Part shown: in pieces, positions 1 to 9,154 of the stretch | How the letters are laid out: each line of letters begins with the position of its first letter | How positions within the stretch are numbered: position 1 is the stretch's first letter | Assembly (NCBI RefSeq): GCF_000341395.1 | Contig: NC_020304.1 | Location: 1,440,001-1,472,000 of the forward strand | Length of the DNA: 32,000 nucleotides | Source of the DNA: Desulfocapsa sulfexigens DSM 10523 | GTDB lineage: Bacteria; Desulfobacterota; Desulfobulbia; Desulfobulbales; Desulfocapsaceae | Direction: 5' to 3' | Program-made: the position numbers and the translations under genes | The notes under the pieces: model-generated | What the model was told of the DNA's origin: nothing | What the model saw: the letters and a program-made list of their open reading frames with translations, nothing else | The model's database searches: none

Positions 1-213
1 CATGTAGTGCATCATTGATGTTCTTGCTCCCGCTTCAAAAGAACGTATCAGGGTCAGGCCCTGCTGGAGGAGGGAATTCTCAAGGAGGCGCTGTTCACGG
101 TTGAGGTTGCGAACGGTTGTAAATGCAAGGATAACAGCCAGGAGGCAACTTGCAAGGATGAGTACAAGAGCGGGTTTTGAGAATTTAAATGGCTGGTGAG
201 TGGAAGGCATCAT
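1..213 (-). CDS. N-terminal part of a ZraS/HydH-like membrane sensor histidine kinase (truncated by window edge)
   Basis: Hand translation of the minus strand from ATG at 213/210 is open to base 1: (M)MPSTHQPFKFSKPALVLILASCLLAVILAFTTVRNLNREQRLLENSLLQQGLTLIRSFEAGARTSMMHYM; TM helix followed by LL..SLLQQG.TLIRSFEAGART typical of ZraS-like kinases. Not in the supplied ORF track. Confidence 0.7.
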   Translation of the reverse strand, partial: MMPSTHQPFKFSKPALVLILASCLLAVILAFTTVRNLNREQRLLENSLLQQGLTLIRSFEAGARTSMMHYM

Positions 214-298
214 AGGATACTGTCTTACTGAGGATATGTACTTTGAGATGGTTGGCTATTTGTTTCATTAAAAACACAGTATAACATAAAAAAAGGCG

Positions 299-332
299 AA
301 AAGTCGTGTGTGATATCAGAACCACGACCTTT
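299..332 (-). terminator. Rho-independent terminator downstream of the ZraP-like gene
   Basis: Minus strand AAAGGTCGTG-loop-CACGACTTTT (10 bp including one G-U) followed by CGCCTTTTTT. Confidence 0.65.
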
Positions 333-415
333 CACCTCTTAAGAGATACTGAACTGGGTACCGGCGTGCTTATCGTTCAACACCGGTATTTGTGTCCTTG
401 CCGTACTCTGTAAAA

Positions 416-922
416 TTATTCTGCAGCAAAAGCTGCCTGGCGCTTGGCTTGCAGTTCCTGTCGCATGGTGAAGATTTCTTTTTCCTGTGCCTGCAGTTCA
501 CCTTGGGTCATTGCGGGGTTACGGGTTGCTTCTCTATAGGCGAACTGTTTGTCATGGATCTGTTTGCGGAGCTCTACGGTTGCATCGAGAAACGCATTCC
601 TTTTTTCAACCATTTCTGGGTTCATCATCGCGCCGCCGCGATTTTTGTAACATCTGCCCTGCTTCATTCCCTTGTGTCCCATTCCCATACAGGGACCAGC
701 GTTATCACGAAAACAATCCTGACCATTGTTGCCCATCATTCCCTGTCCCCGCATACTGCCTGGACCCTGTCCGTTCATCATTCCCTGACCATTCATTCTT
801 CCGTAGCCAGGACCAGCAGCAGGGATCTGAGGGTCTGGAGTAGCTGTGGTTGTCGCCAGAGCAACGCCTGCTACAAGTGAAAGGGCCATAGCTGCTGCTA
901 CAATATTTCTTTTCATTTTCAT
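416..922 (-). CDS. ZraP/Spy/CpxP-like periplasmic metal- or stress-binding protein
   Basis: 168 aa, signal peptide (MKMKRNIVAAAMALSLVAGVALA), Met/Gly/Gln-rich low-complexity N-half, helical LRKQ..KQFAYREA...LQA..KEIFTMRQELQAKR C-half; adjacent to a ZraS-like kinase. Confidence 0.7.
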   Translation of the reverse strand: MKMKRNIVAAAMALSLVAGVALATTTATPDPQIPAAGPGYGRMNGQGMMNGQGPGSMRGQGMMGNNGQDCFRDNAGPCMGMGHKGMKQGRCYKNRGGAMMNPEMVEKRNAFLDATVELRKQIHDKQFAYREATRNPAMTQGELQAQEKEIFTMRQELQAKRQAAFAAE

Positions 923-1002
923 GGTGGTTCTCCTTAGTAGGTTGATGTTTGTTTTGAAATACTCAAAACGGGCTTTGTCAATATCGACTCTGCCTTTTAC
1001 TT

Positions 1003-1018
1003 AGCATGTAGCGTGCCA
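1003..1018 (-). promoter_or_regulatory. Candidate sigma54 (-24/-12) promoter for the ZraP-like gene
   Basis: Minus strand TGGCACGCTACATGCT: GG-N10-GC spacing, close to TGGCAC-N5-TTGCT, about 80-95 nt upstream of the start codon. Confidence 0.7.
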
Positions 1019-1255
1019 TGCCGGGATTTTAGTTTCATTGTCTTGTCTAACCATATAAATTTATGTAATAAAAAAAGTATGGTGTCTGATGTTTCAAGAT
1101 GTGCGAAAAGAGAGGTGTCTAATTTATGTGCACTTCTGAAACGGAGAGACAGGAGGGAGTGTAAAAAAAATGGACAAGGTGTTCTGTTGACGGGGGAGAT
1201 CCCCATCCGCCTCTTAAGTGACACAAAAAAGGCAGATGGAGAAAAAGGGAGGATT

Positions 1256-2131
1256 TTAATACTTGAATTTCGAGTGGAGTATTTTTAACTCGGCCTCAGC
1301 TTTATAACCGCTGATCATGCTTCCTAAAGCACCTTTGATTGCAGCCATGGACATGTATACGTGGATAATAAACATGGCTATCATGGCAGCGCCAAGGAAG
1401 TTGTGAATAACCGCTGAAAGGCGGAGAGTGTCAATGTTTGCAGGAAAAGAATAGAGAAAATACCCTGTGACGGCCATGACAGCCCCACCAAGAGTTGCCA
1501 GCCAGAACCACATTTTTTGCCCCGCATTGAATTTCCCTGCAGGAACCGGTTTCTTCTCCTTACTCAGATAACCGCCCATAATTATCATCCACTTCAGATC
1601 ATAAAGAGCGGGGAGCATATCTTTAATCCAGACCAGAAACATAAAAACTGCAAATCCTGCAAATACCACTGCAGAGAGCAGATGGATGGTGCGGGCCATT
1701 ATACCGATTGCCCCTCCGCCAAGGAGTGAGGCATAGATGATCATAAGTCCGGTGATCACCAGCAGGCTGAATGAGAGAGCAGCGCACCAGTGAACAATAC
1801 GGACAAAGAGGTTGTAGCAGTAGACCTGCTTGCCACTATGGTCAAAGACCATGGGGCCGATTGCAATGTAGTGGAAAAAAAATATAACAGGAACAATGGT
1901 GATCACCAGAAGAAACAGTCTCGGAAATAGAAACTGCTGCAGATTGGTGAAAAGTTGGCCATACTGCTGCCACTCTCCCGTGAAATTCGCATTAATCTGC
2001 TGATACGCAACAGTGAGCAACGGTTCCGATCCAACAGCTTTCGGTAGCTGCCCCGATGATTGGGCAATGGCCAGTCCAGCCATTGTCAAAAATAGAATGC
2101 AGCCTGGAAGAATAATTTTCTTCATAAGCAT
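1256..2131 (-). CDS. fdnI: Formate dehydrogenase cytochrome b (gamma) subunit
   Basis: 291 aa with signal-like N-terminus and multiple TM helices; motifs RIVHWCAALSFSLLVITGL, RTIHLLSAVVFAGFAVFMFLVWIKDM, HNFLGAAMIAMFIIHVYMS; next to fdnG/fdnH-like genes. Confidence 0.88.
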   Translation of the reverse strand: MLMKKIILPGCILFLTMAGLAIAQSSGQLPKAVGSEPLLTVAYQQINANFTGEWQQYGQLFTNLQQFLFPRLFLLVITIVPVIFFFHYIAIGPMVFDHSGKQVYCYNLFVRIVHWCAALSFSLLVITGLMIIYASLLGGGAIGIMARTIHLLSAVVFAGFAVFMFLVWIKDMLPALYDLKWMIIMGGYLSKEKKPVPAGKFNAGQKMWFWLATLGGAVMAVTGYFLYSFPANIDTLRLSAVIHNFLGAAMIAMFIIHVYMSMAAIKGALGSMISGYKAEAELKILHSKFKY

Positions 2132-2186
2132 CCTCGCAATGAGTTTGTTACGTAATCGTTCTCAATGGATCGGAGTTAACAAGTAG

Positions 2187-2225
2187 CAGACGATCACAGT
2201 ACGTTTTTCTGTCTGTGATCGTCTG
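2187..2225 (-). repeat. Perfect 13-bp inverted repeat between the Fe-S and cytochrome b subunit genes
   Basis: CAGACGATCACAG (2187..2199) / CTGTGATCGTCTG (2213..2225), 13-nt loop, in the 2132..2256 intercistronic gap. Confidence 0.9.
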
Positions 2226-2256
2226 TCACGATGCGGGCAAGATCCATCGGGAACTA

Positions 2257-2844
2257 TTACTTCTTATTATAGGCTTTATTCCATCCCCATGCATTTGCAC
2301 CGGAGCCACGCTTAAAGACTCGTTCCCGATATACATCGGCAACTTCATCAGCATCACCTGCGATCAGCGATTTGGTGGCACACATTCCGGCACAGAGAGG
2401 TACCTTTCCTTCGGCGATCCGATTCTGACCATAGAGTCTCTGCTCTTTATCACTAAACGTTTCTTCGGGGCCACCGGCACAGAAGGTGCATTTGTCCATG
2501 GCACCACGGGCACCGAAGACCTGCCCGCTGGGGAACTGTGGGGCTCCGAATGGACAGGCCATAAAACAGTATCCGCAGCCAATACAGGTCTCCTTGTCGT
2601 GAAGCACAATGCCGTCATCACGTTGATAAATACAGTCCACTGGACAGACAGCGATACACGGTGCATCCGAGCAGTGCATGCAGGCGACTGATATTGATTT
2701 TTCTCCAGGTTTTCCCTGGCCTATGGTTATAACCCTGCGTCTGTTTACACCAACCGGTATATGGTTACCTTCCTTACAGGCCACCACGCAGCCGCCGCAG
2801 TCAATGCAACGTTCTATGTCACATAAAAATTTCATGCGTCCCAT
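2257..2844 (-). CDS. fdnH: Formate dehydrogenase 4Fe-4S (beta) subunit
   Basis: 195 aa, multiple CxxCxxCxxxC ferredoxin motifs (CIDCGGCVVACKEG, CMHCSDAPCIAVCPVDC, CIGCGYCFMACPFG, CTFCAGG); no C-terminal TM anchor. Confidence 0.88.
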   Translation of the reverse strand: MGRMKFLCDIERCIDCGGCVVACKEGNHIPVGVNRRRVITIGQGKPGEKSISVACMHCSDAPCIAVCPVDCIYQRDDGIVLHDKETCIGCGYCFMACPFGAPQFPSGQVFGARGAMDKCTFCAGGPEETFSDKEQRLYGQNRIAEGKVPLCAGMCATKSLIAGDADEVADVYRERVFKRGSGANAWGWNKAYNKK

Positions 2845-2856
2845 CTAGTATTCCTC

Positions 2857-5649
2857 CTATGCTCGGCTGATTTTACACAGACCGTCTTTAGTTGCCTGAA
2901 TCTGGGTAACAATGTCATACCCATAGTTGGTACAGACATTGGCTGCATCGCCAGCCACATAGGGCGCATGGCCTTCGGGATAATTACCGGCAATGGATTC
3001 CCCCATGAGAGTTCCTCCGAAATGATACGGCATGAAGATGGTCTTTTCATCAACACGTTCGGTGAAAAATGCCTTGACCTTTACCTTACCGCCTTCAGGC
3101 GACTCAATCCAGATCATTTCACCATCCCGCACCCCCAGGTTGTTACCGGTAACCGGGTTGACTTCCGCATACATTTCTGGCTGCAGCTCAGAAAGATACT
3201 TATTGCTTCTCGTCTCGGCACCTCCGCCCATGTGTTCAACCATACGGCCAGTGGTGAGTACGAATGGGAATTTGGCAGCCAGATCCGGACTCTGTTCGCT
3301 CTTATAGCGTGTGTTGACCCTGAAGTGATTAGGTTTGTCCTCGTAGGTCGGATAGCTGGCAATGAGATCCGGGCGTGGTGAATGGAGGGGTTCCCGATGG
3401 ATCGGAATTTGATCAGGGAAGTTCCAGACTATGCAACGAGCTCTGGCATTGCCAAAAGGTGCCATACCGCGTTTGATAGCTTCTTTGATGGTCTTTTGTG
3501 AGAGGTCGGTTTTCCAGTTGGTGCCTGGTACAACATCCTTGAATTCAGGATAGCCGCCTTTGACCTCACTGCCTGGATTGTAAATTCCCTCGGCAGCAAG
3601 CTGGTTTTCAGTACGTCCACTCATGTCATAGGTTTTTTCAAGACCGAAGCGGTTTCTGAACGGAAGACCACCTTTGGCCACTGATTTCGAAATGTCATAG
3701 AGAATAGGTGTGCCGGGATGTTCTTCGGTCCAGCATGGCCACGGCATACCATAATAATCACCATTGCATGGGCCACCCTTTGCCTCGAGGGTTTCGATGT
3801 CAAAGGTGTGCCAGTTTTCCATGTGCTTCTTGATCCGTTCAGGAGTCTGTCCGTTATAACCGATGGTCAGCATCCCTTTGTTGATCTCACGGGTGATATC
3901 TTCAGGTACTTCTTTGATGTTTTTATAGAACTTGTCGGCAAAACCAAGACGTTCCACAAGCTCTTTCATGATGTGGTAATCGTCTCTGCAGCCATTGATG
4001 GGTTCAACGATTTTGTCACGCCACTGAATCTGCCGTGATGTCGATGTTACTGAGCCAGAGGTCTCATACTGGCTTGAACATGGCAGGAGATAAACGTTGT
4101 CCGTGGTGCAGGTGGCTGCTGCCATGGTGGGGAAAGGGTCAACGATGACAAAGAGATCAAGTTTGTTATAGGCTCTGACGACTCGATCATACTGGGAGTT
4201 TGAGTTGGAGCCGCAACCCCATTGGATCATCGCCTTGATCGGTGTGTACTGATCAATCTTCTCTTCACCGAGTACCCCTTCATACCAGCGGGCAAGACTG
4301 AAACCCTTGGCGTTCATCCATTCCTTCTCTTTGAATCTGGAAACGATGAAATCATAATCAACATCCCAGACCCGGCACCAGTGTTTCCAGGAGCCATCAG
4401 CGAGACCGTAATAGCCTGGCAGTGTATCGGCCAGAACGCCCACATCAGTTGCGCCCTGAACATTGTCATGACCACGGAAAATATTGGTTCCACCACCGGA
4501 TTTGCCCATGTTACCGAGTACCAGCTGCAGGATACAGAAGGCGCGGGTGATGGATGATCCGATATGATGCTGAGTTCCACCCATGCACCAGGTCAGTGAA
4601 GTGGGACGGTTTGTAGCCAGAAGCTTGGCAACGTGCCGTGTCTGGGCCGCCGGAATGCCAGTAACATTTTCAACTTCTTCCGGTGTATAATGGGCTGCAA
4701 CCTTAACCATTTCCGGATAACCGGAGACACGTGTACGAATAAATTCCTTGTCTTCCCAGCCCTTCTGGATGATTTCGTTGATTAGTCCCATGATGAAAAC
4801 ACAGTCGGTGCCTGGGCGAATGCGTACAAAATCAGTCGCCTTGGCTGCAAGTTTTGTGAAACGCGGGTCAACGACAATAATCGGTGCGTTGTTGACCTCT
4901 TTGGCATGTAGAATATGCTGCATGGAAACCGGATGTGCCTCAGCTGCATTTGATCCGATAAAAATCATTGATTTGGTGTGTCTCATATCGTTGAGACTGT
5001 TTGTCATTGCTCCGTAACCCCATGTATTGGCGACACCTGCCACCGTTGTAGAGTGTCAGATCCTCGCCTGGTGGTCGACGTTGTTCGACCCCCAGAAAGC
5101 TGCAAATTTTCGTTGCAGATAGGCCATCTCTGTGGAGACTTTGGCACTACCGTTGAGGTGTAGGGCATCGGGGCCGTCCGTATCCCGGATGGTTGTTAAT
5201 TTGGCAGCAATTTCATCCATGGCTGTATCCCATGAGATCTTCTGCCACTTTCCGTTGACCCGTTTCATAGGGCTTTTAAGCCGTTTTTCAGAGGTTACCA
5301 TGTCAATGGCAGAGGCACCTTTACAACAGTAGCCACCACGACTGACCGGGTGATCCTGGGCTACTTCCTGTCTGACCCAGACTCCGTTTTGGACTTCAGC
5401 ATTAATTCCACAACCAACAGCACAGTGGGTGCAGATGGATTTGACCATTTTAGAGTCAGGGTATGCTGCCTTTACAGCAGCCGGGGTGGCTGCTTTTGCT
5501 GTCATTTTTGTCGTCATAACAGCACCAGTTAAAGCCGCCGTTGCTGCTGAAAGTTTCAGAAATGAACGCCTGGCAACCTTGGGATTCAGGGTTACCCGGC
5601 TGGTCTTTGTCCCCACTGCAGAGGAACTGCGAATTTTTCGTTGAGCCAT
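2857..5649 (-). CDS. fdnG: Formate dehydrogenase catalytic (alpha) subunit, Tat-exported selenoprotein with Sec at 5056..5058
   Basis: Track ORFs 5056..5649 and 2857..5043 are in the same frame, separated by in-frame TGA: ...[33 protein letters not shown]..., the conserved Sec/Cys site of FdnG-like molybdopterin enzymes. Tat signal RRSFLKLSAAT; CTHCAVGCG Fe-S motif. About 930 aa. Confidence 0.95.
5029..5058 (-). promoter_or_regulatory. Bacterial SECIS element immediately 3' of the selenocysteine UGA
   Basis: mRNA UGA-CACUCUACAAC-GGUGGC-AGGU-GUCGCC: 6-bp stem (5044..5029), AGGU loop, 11-nt spacing from UGA as in E. coli fdhF. Confidence 0.88.
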
Positions 5650-5670
5650 GTTTAGGTTCTCCTTTCTTGA

Positions 5671-5859
5671 TTAACGCAGGGAATCGTAATATTTTTTAAA
5701 GGAATCTGTCTTTTTGTACAAAACTTCGTCGGGACGCTTTTCCGTCGCGCTTTCCTGAGCTTTTGCTTTTCTCCCGACAAGTGCAGTCCCTGCAACCACC
5801 GCGGTGCCTGCAAAGATTTGCTTGAGAAAGGAGCGCCTTTTGTCATCATTTTGTTTCAT
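5671..5859 (-). CDS. fdhX: Small Tat-signal protein of formate dehydrogenase regions (fdhX-like)
   Basis: 62 aa, KRRSFLKQIFAGTAVVAGTALVGRKAKA then a short C-terminus ending KKTDSFKKYYDSLR, directly upstream of fdnG. Confidence 0.75.
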   Translation of the reverse strand: MKQNDDKRRSFLKQIFAGTAVVAGTALVGRKAKAQESATEKRPDEVLYKKTDSFKKYYDSLR

Positions 5860-5950
5860 ACGTTTTGTCCTCCATAGAGAGTTATGGGGTGCTGCTGCAC
5901 TACGTCACACTGCGTTGTGCGGGCTTTAAGTAAAAAAACTGTTACAATTG

Positions 5951-6583
5951 TTAATGAATCGTCTCCGGTTCGCTTTCAAGAAGCCCCTGTTCAAGTTCCA
6001 GGTAGGCGTCAAGGAAGTTAATGCACTTGGTATAAAATTCAGCCTCACTATTTTTGCTGATACGCTCTCTGATCTGTTTTGTAGTCGGGATAAGAAAGTG
6101 CAGCAGCAGTTGATCCTGTATGCCTCGCGTCTCCGCTAACCCCTGTTTTTCTTCATTGATAAGGGTGATTAAGGCATCGAGCATAATGGGTAGAGAGTCT
6201 TCGGGGTCGGTGAATTTACTCTCCTTGACCAGTTGCGCCTGCTTAAGAATTTCCCTAAAATCTGCAAGGCTTGGACCGTAACTTTTACCATCTATATAAT
6301 AGGCAGCATTTAGGGGAAGAAGCTGTTTTGAGTAAGGATCTACAAAAAGTGAGTGGTGTTCGTCTTTGATCTCCTGAAGGCTTTTGGCGGCCAGGGTTGT
6401 TCCGAGTTCATGGATAGCGGTGTCCAGATGCTGGTCGATGTGTTCCTTATCAAGTGCAGCAAAAAAACCCCGCCAGCGGCTGAGGCGGTCAGCATCTGGT
6501 TCGTCCTGGAAAAATGATTTCAGGAGATCAAGAAAACGTAGCCGTACCCGGCAGAGGTCTCTATCTGTGAGGTCTGTTTCCAT
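5951..6583 (-). CDS. TorD/DmsD-family molybdoenzyme chaperone
   Basis: 210 aa helical protein with DEHHSLFVDPYSKQLLPLNAAYY...YGPSLADF region typical of TorD family; start codon abuts stop of upstream gene within the FDH cluster. Confidence 0.8.
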   Translation of the reverse strand: METDLTDRDLCRVRLRFLDLLKSFFQDEPDADRLSRWRGFFAALDKEHIDQHLDTAIHELGTTLAAKSLQEIKDEHHSLFVDPYSKQLLPLNAAYYIDGKSYGPSLADFREILKQAQLVKESKFTDPEDSLPIMLDALITLINEEKQGLAETRGIQDQLLLHFLIPTTKQIRERISKNSEAEFYTKCINFLDAYLELEQGLLESEPETIH

Positions 6584-8448
6584 TATACCTTCTCGCTGGA
6601 CTGGTAGAGGTTAATAACACGGCAATCTTCGCAGTAGGAGAGGAGGTCGTCCTCACTGTCCCACATGTTTTTGCTGGAAAGAATAGCCATGACTCTTTCA
6701 AGTGATTTACGGGTACCAAATATCTTGCCGCAGCCTTTACATTTAGCTGGTTCCGCCTGGGAGAGGAGTTTTTCGCTGAAAAAGGAAGATTGCAGCGCTA
6801 GTCCCGGGCTTATCGTCAGAGCCTGTTCCGGGCAGACACTGACACAGATACCGCATTGTACGCATTGCACCGGAGTGTGCTTCAAAGAGTAACTGGCACC
6901 GTCGGCAACCAGAGCCTCCATACGACACTCATTGACACAGGCAATGCACTGGGTACACCTGTCCTGGTCACAAATGATTTCTCCAAAATATTCTGTGGCG
7001 ATTGTTGCGGGTTCAGCATCACTCTGCTGCCGAAGAAACTGGATAATGTCTATAAGTTTCTTTCTGCGGCCGCTGAAGGAAAAATCATGGTAGAGATGTG
7101 CCAGTATGTCTTGGCCGCCGGTCTCGTCAAGAATGGCTTCCAGTTCAGATACAGTTGTCAAGCGGATAACCTCATCCTGCTTGAAGAGGGTTTGTAAAAT
7201 TGCATTGCTTAAGGTCATTTGTGCTTCTGTATGGGAACTGTCCTTGCTGAGTACAAGAATCTGTTTTGCTCCCATGGCATACAACATCAGAAAGTGCATG
7301 GCATGTAGTGCAGGAGTTGTCGGATATTCCATGAAAAAAACATTTGTATGTTTTCTGCCCCTGCTGTGCCACCAGTGTCTGTGCAGCTCTCTTTCATTTC
7401 CGATAACAACGGTTGTTCCGGGAGTGAGGGGGAAGCCCCTGAAGTATTCTACAAAAGCAACATCATCAAAACGTCTGTATTGGAGTGATCCCGTGGGGCA
7501 ACTGGCAAGACAGGCACCACACTCCAAACAGGCAAAGTGGTCTATCTGCACCCCCTGTGAACTCTGTTTGATGGCTCCGTGATGACAGGCGGTGAGGCAG
7601 GCTGTGCAACCTGTTTTAAGTCGTGCACTATACTGGCAGGAGGCAGATTCCCAGGAAATGGCTTCCACAACCTCTGTGGCGTAGATAGATGCAAAGAGTT
7701 TTGGGAGACTGTCTTCAGTGTAGATATTTTTTCGTTGTTCGGGTAGATCTATGGTGCACCCGTCAAGAAGGAGTATGGCAGGAGTTATGAGCTCTCGCCT
7801 GTCAACAGCGTAGAGGTCGATGGCGTCATGGGGGCAAGCCGCAAGACATTCTTTGCAAAAAGTACAGTGGGAAAAATCAAGAAAGAGCTGTTCCGAAAGG
7901 CAGTGTTCCGGACAGGCAGGGCCACATGCGCCGCAGTAGGTACATCGGCTTAGGTCCACGGGCTGTCTGACGGTGAAGTTGATCTTAAACCCGTTGTTTT
8001 TACGATGTATATGTAATTCCTGAGCTGTTGTTAATTCAGGGTCATAGCCCTTGGTGAGTATGGGGTCTATCTGCAGCACGCCGCCATAGGTATCCAGAAA
8101 GCTGTTCAGGGAATCGGTATCTTTTCCCATAACGGTAACGCGGGTGTCAGGCTCACGGGTATAGGATTTGTAGTACTGACTGCCATGGCGTCCGAATTCA
8201 GCGCGTGCCAGGGACATCATCTTTGTGTCGTCCGCATCCGTCAGGTCACCATTGAGCTGCAGGGTTGAAGACAGGGGAAATGACGAGTCAGGGTGGATCG
8301 TGGAGAATCCTCCGGCCAGGAGAACAGTTTTTTCCAGGCTGTTTGCAGTACATGGTACGGCACCAGGATGACTGGTAACAGCTGCAGAGAAATAATCTGA
8401 GTCTGCACCCGTTCCGGAGCAGAGAAAGTAGCCTGAAAATTTTTCCAT
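6583..8448 (-). CDS. Polyferredoxin-like protein with at least five cluster motifs and a C-terminal CxxC pair
   Basis: Motifs CTYCGACGPACPEHC, CTFCKECLAACP, CTACLTACHHG, CLECGACLASCP, CTQCIACVNEC, CVQCGICVSVCP, and CKGCG...CEDC. Start trimmed from track 8505 to ATG at 8448 (MEKFSGYFL), which has AAGGAAG upstream. Confidence 0.85.
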   Translation of the reverse strand: MEKFSGYFLCSGTGADSDYFSAAVTSHPGAVPCTANSLEKTVLLAGGFSTIHPDSSFPLSSTLQLNGDLTDADDTKMMSLARAEFGRHGSQYYKSYTREPDTRVTVMGKDTDSLNSFLDTYGGVLQIDPILTKGYDPELTTAQELHIHRKNNGFKINFTVRQPVDLSRCTYCGACGPACPEHCLSEQLFLDFSHCTFCKECLAACPHDAIDLYAVDRRELITPAILLLDGCTIDLPEQRKNIYTEDSLPKLFASIYATEVVEAISWESASCQYSARLKTGCTACLTACHHGAIKQSSQGVQIDHFACLECGACLASCPTGSLQYRRFDDVAFVEYFRGFPLTPGTTVVIGNERELHRHWWHSRGRKHTNVFFMEYPTTPALHAMHFLMLYAMGAKQILVLSKDSSHTEAQMTLSNAILQTLFKQDEVIRLTTVSELEAILDETGGQDILAHLYHDFSFSGRRKKLIDIIQFLRQQSDAEPATIATEYFGEIICDQDRCTQCIACVNECRMEALVADGASYSLKHTPVQCVQCGICVSVCPEQALTISPGLALQSSFFSEKLLSQAEPAKCKGCGKIFGTRKSLERVMAILSSKNMWDSEDDLLSYCEDCRVINLYQSSEKV

Positions 8449-8601
8449 TACTGTTTCTTCCTTAATAAGCAGTGGTTGCGGGGGTGGCTGTTGAGAATAA
8501 CGCATTTCCTGTTGTACGTATGAGTATCAGCATGTCAGAGTCTTTCTCGTTGTGGTGGAAAAAGTTTTTTCTTTGGAGAAGCAGTACTTACAAACAAAAT
8601 G

Positions 8602-8607
8602 ATTGTA
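8602..8607 (-). promoter_or_regulatory. Weak candidate -10 (TACAAT) for a promoter in front of the polyferredoxin/FDH genes
   Basis: Minus strand TTTACGGTACAATCAT with no good -35; palindrome 8676..8696 centred about 91 bp upstream of the inferred start site. Confidence 0.3.
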
Positions 8608-8675
8608 CCGTAAACCTGAAAGGAAAGAAATCGGGAGAGACCCTTTTTTCTTGTAAGGCAAAAGCTGTCCTTGGT

Positions 8676-8696
8676 GTAGGGAAGTGCCCTACACTT
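8676..8696. promoter_or_regulatory. Perfect 8-bp palindrome GTGTAGGG-AAGTG-CCCTACAC, candidate operator or hairpin
   Basis: Read directly from sequence, in the noncoding gap between the PilZ-like gene and the polyferredoxin gene. Confidence 0.5.
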
Positions 8697-8704
8697 TTGA
8701 GATA

Positions 8705-9121
8705 CTATTCGTCACTGTCTCTATCAAAAGTAACAGAAATCTCATTGCCATCGTCATCTATATACTTCTGTTGCAGCAGGTCGTGCTGATCTATCTGCTT
8801 GATAAATTCGTCTGTGGTCTGGAATTCTGCAATAAGCTCTGAGATGATCTGCTGATTTCTAGTGTTTATCTCGGAAGTTTTAAAACCTGTGGTTTGCCTG
8901 CTTTTATGGACAAGAGTAGCTTTGAGCTGAATGTCCTTTCCTGTTTCAGTGTATATTCTGACTTGATACAAGGTTTCCTCAAGAGGGGTGGAGGGGTTTT
9001 TTACACCAAAGCCACCGGGGCTTATATCTCTGGCACTGGTCGTGATACGTATGCCATTGTTATCTGACAGAACAACTTCGCCACTGATCGGAACTCTGAC
9101 ATCTGCCCTTTTATGAGCCAT
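8705..9121 (-). CDS. PilZ-like domain protein
   Basis: KRADVRVPISGEVVLSD...TTSARDISPGGFGVKNPSTPLEETLYQVRIYT resembles the PilZ pattern (R.xxR...D.S.GG). Start trimmed from 9154 to 9121 (MAHKRADVRV) with AAGGAG upstream. Confidence 0.7.
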   Translation of the reverse strand: MAHKRADVRVPISGEVVLSDNNGIRITTSARDISPGGFGVKNPSTPLEETLYQVRIYTETGKDIQLKATLVHKSRQTTGFKTSEINTRNQQIISELIAEFQTTDEFIKQIDQHDLLQQKYIDDDGNEISVTFDRDSDE

Positions 9122-9154
9122 TGTAATGTTCTCCTTGCAAAGTATGCATCTCAA

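Noticed and set aside
3114-3362. Short antisense/alternative-frame ORFs inside fdnG and fdnH (2364..2666, 2968..3381, 4222..4557, 5350..5532).
   Set aside because: Overlap a conserved molybdoenzyme gene and encode low-similarity, arginine/serine-rich peptides typical of out-of-frame translation.
2857-5043. Treating the two fdnG ORFs as a frameshifted or nonsense-mutated pseudogene.
   Set aside because: Same frame, a single TGA at the conserved Sec/Cys position and a SECIS hairpin explain the interruption.
8506-8789. 105-aa plus-strand ORF 8472..8789 covering the polyferredoxin promoter gap.
   Set aside because: Crosses the palindrome and the 3' end of the PilZ-like gene; no domain signature or ribosome-binding site noted.
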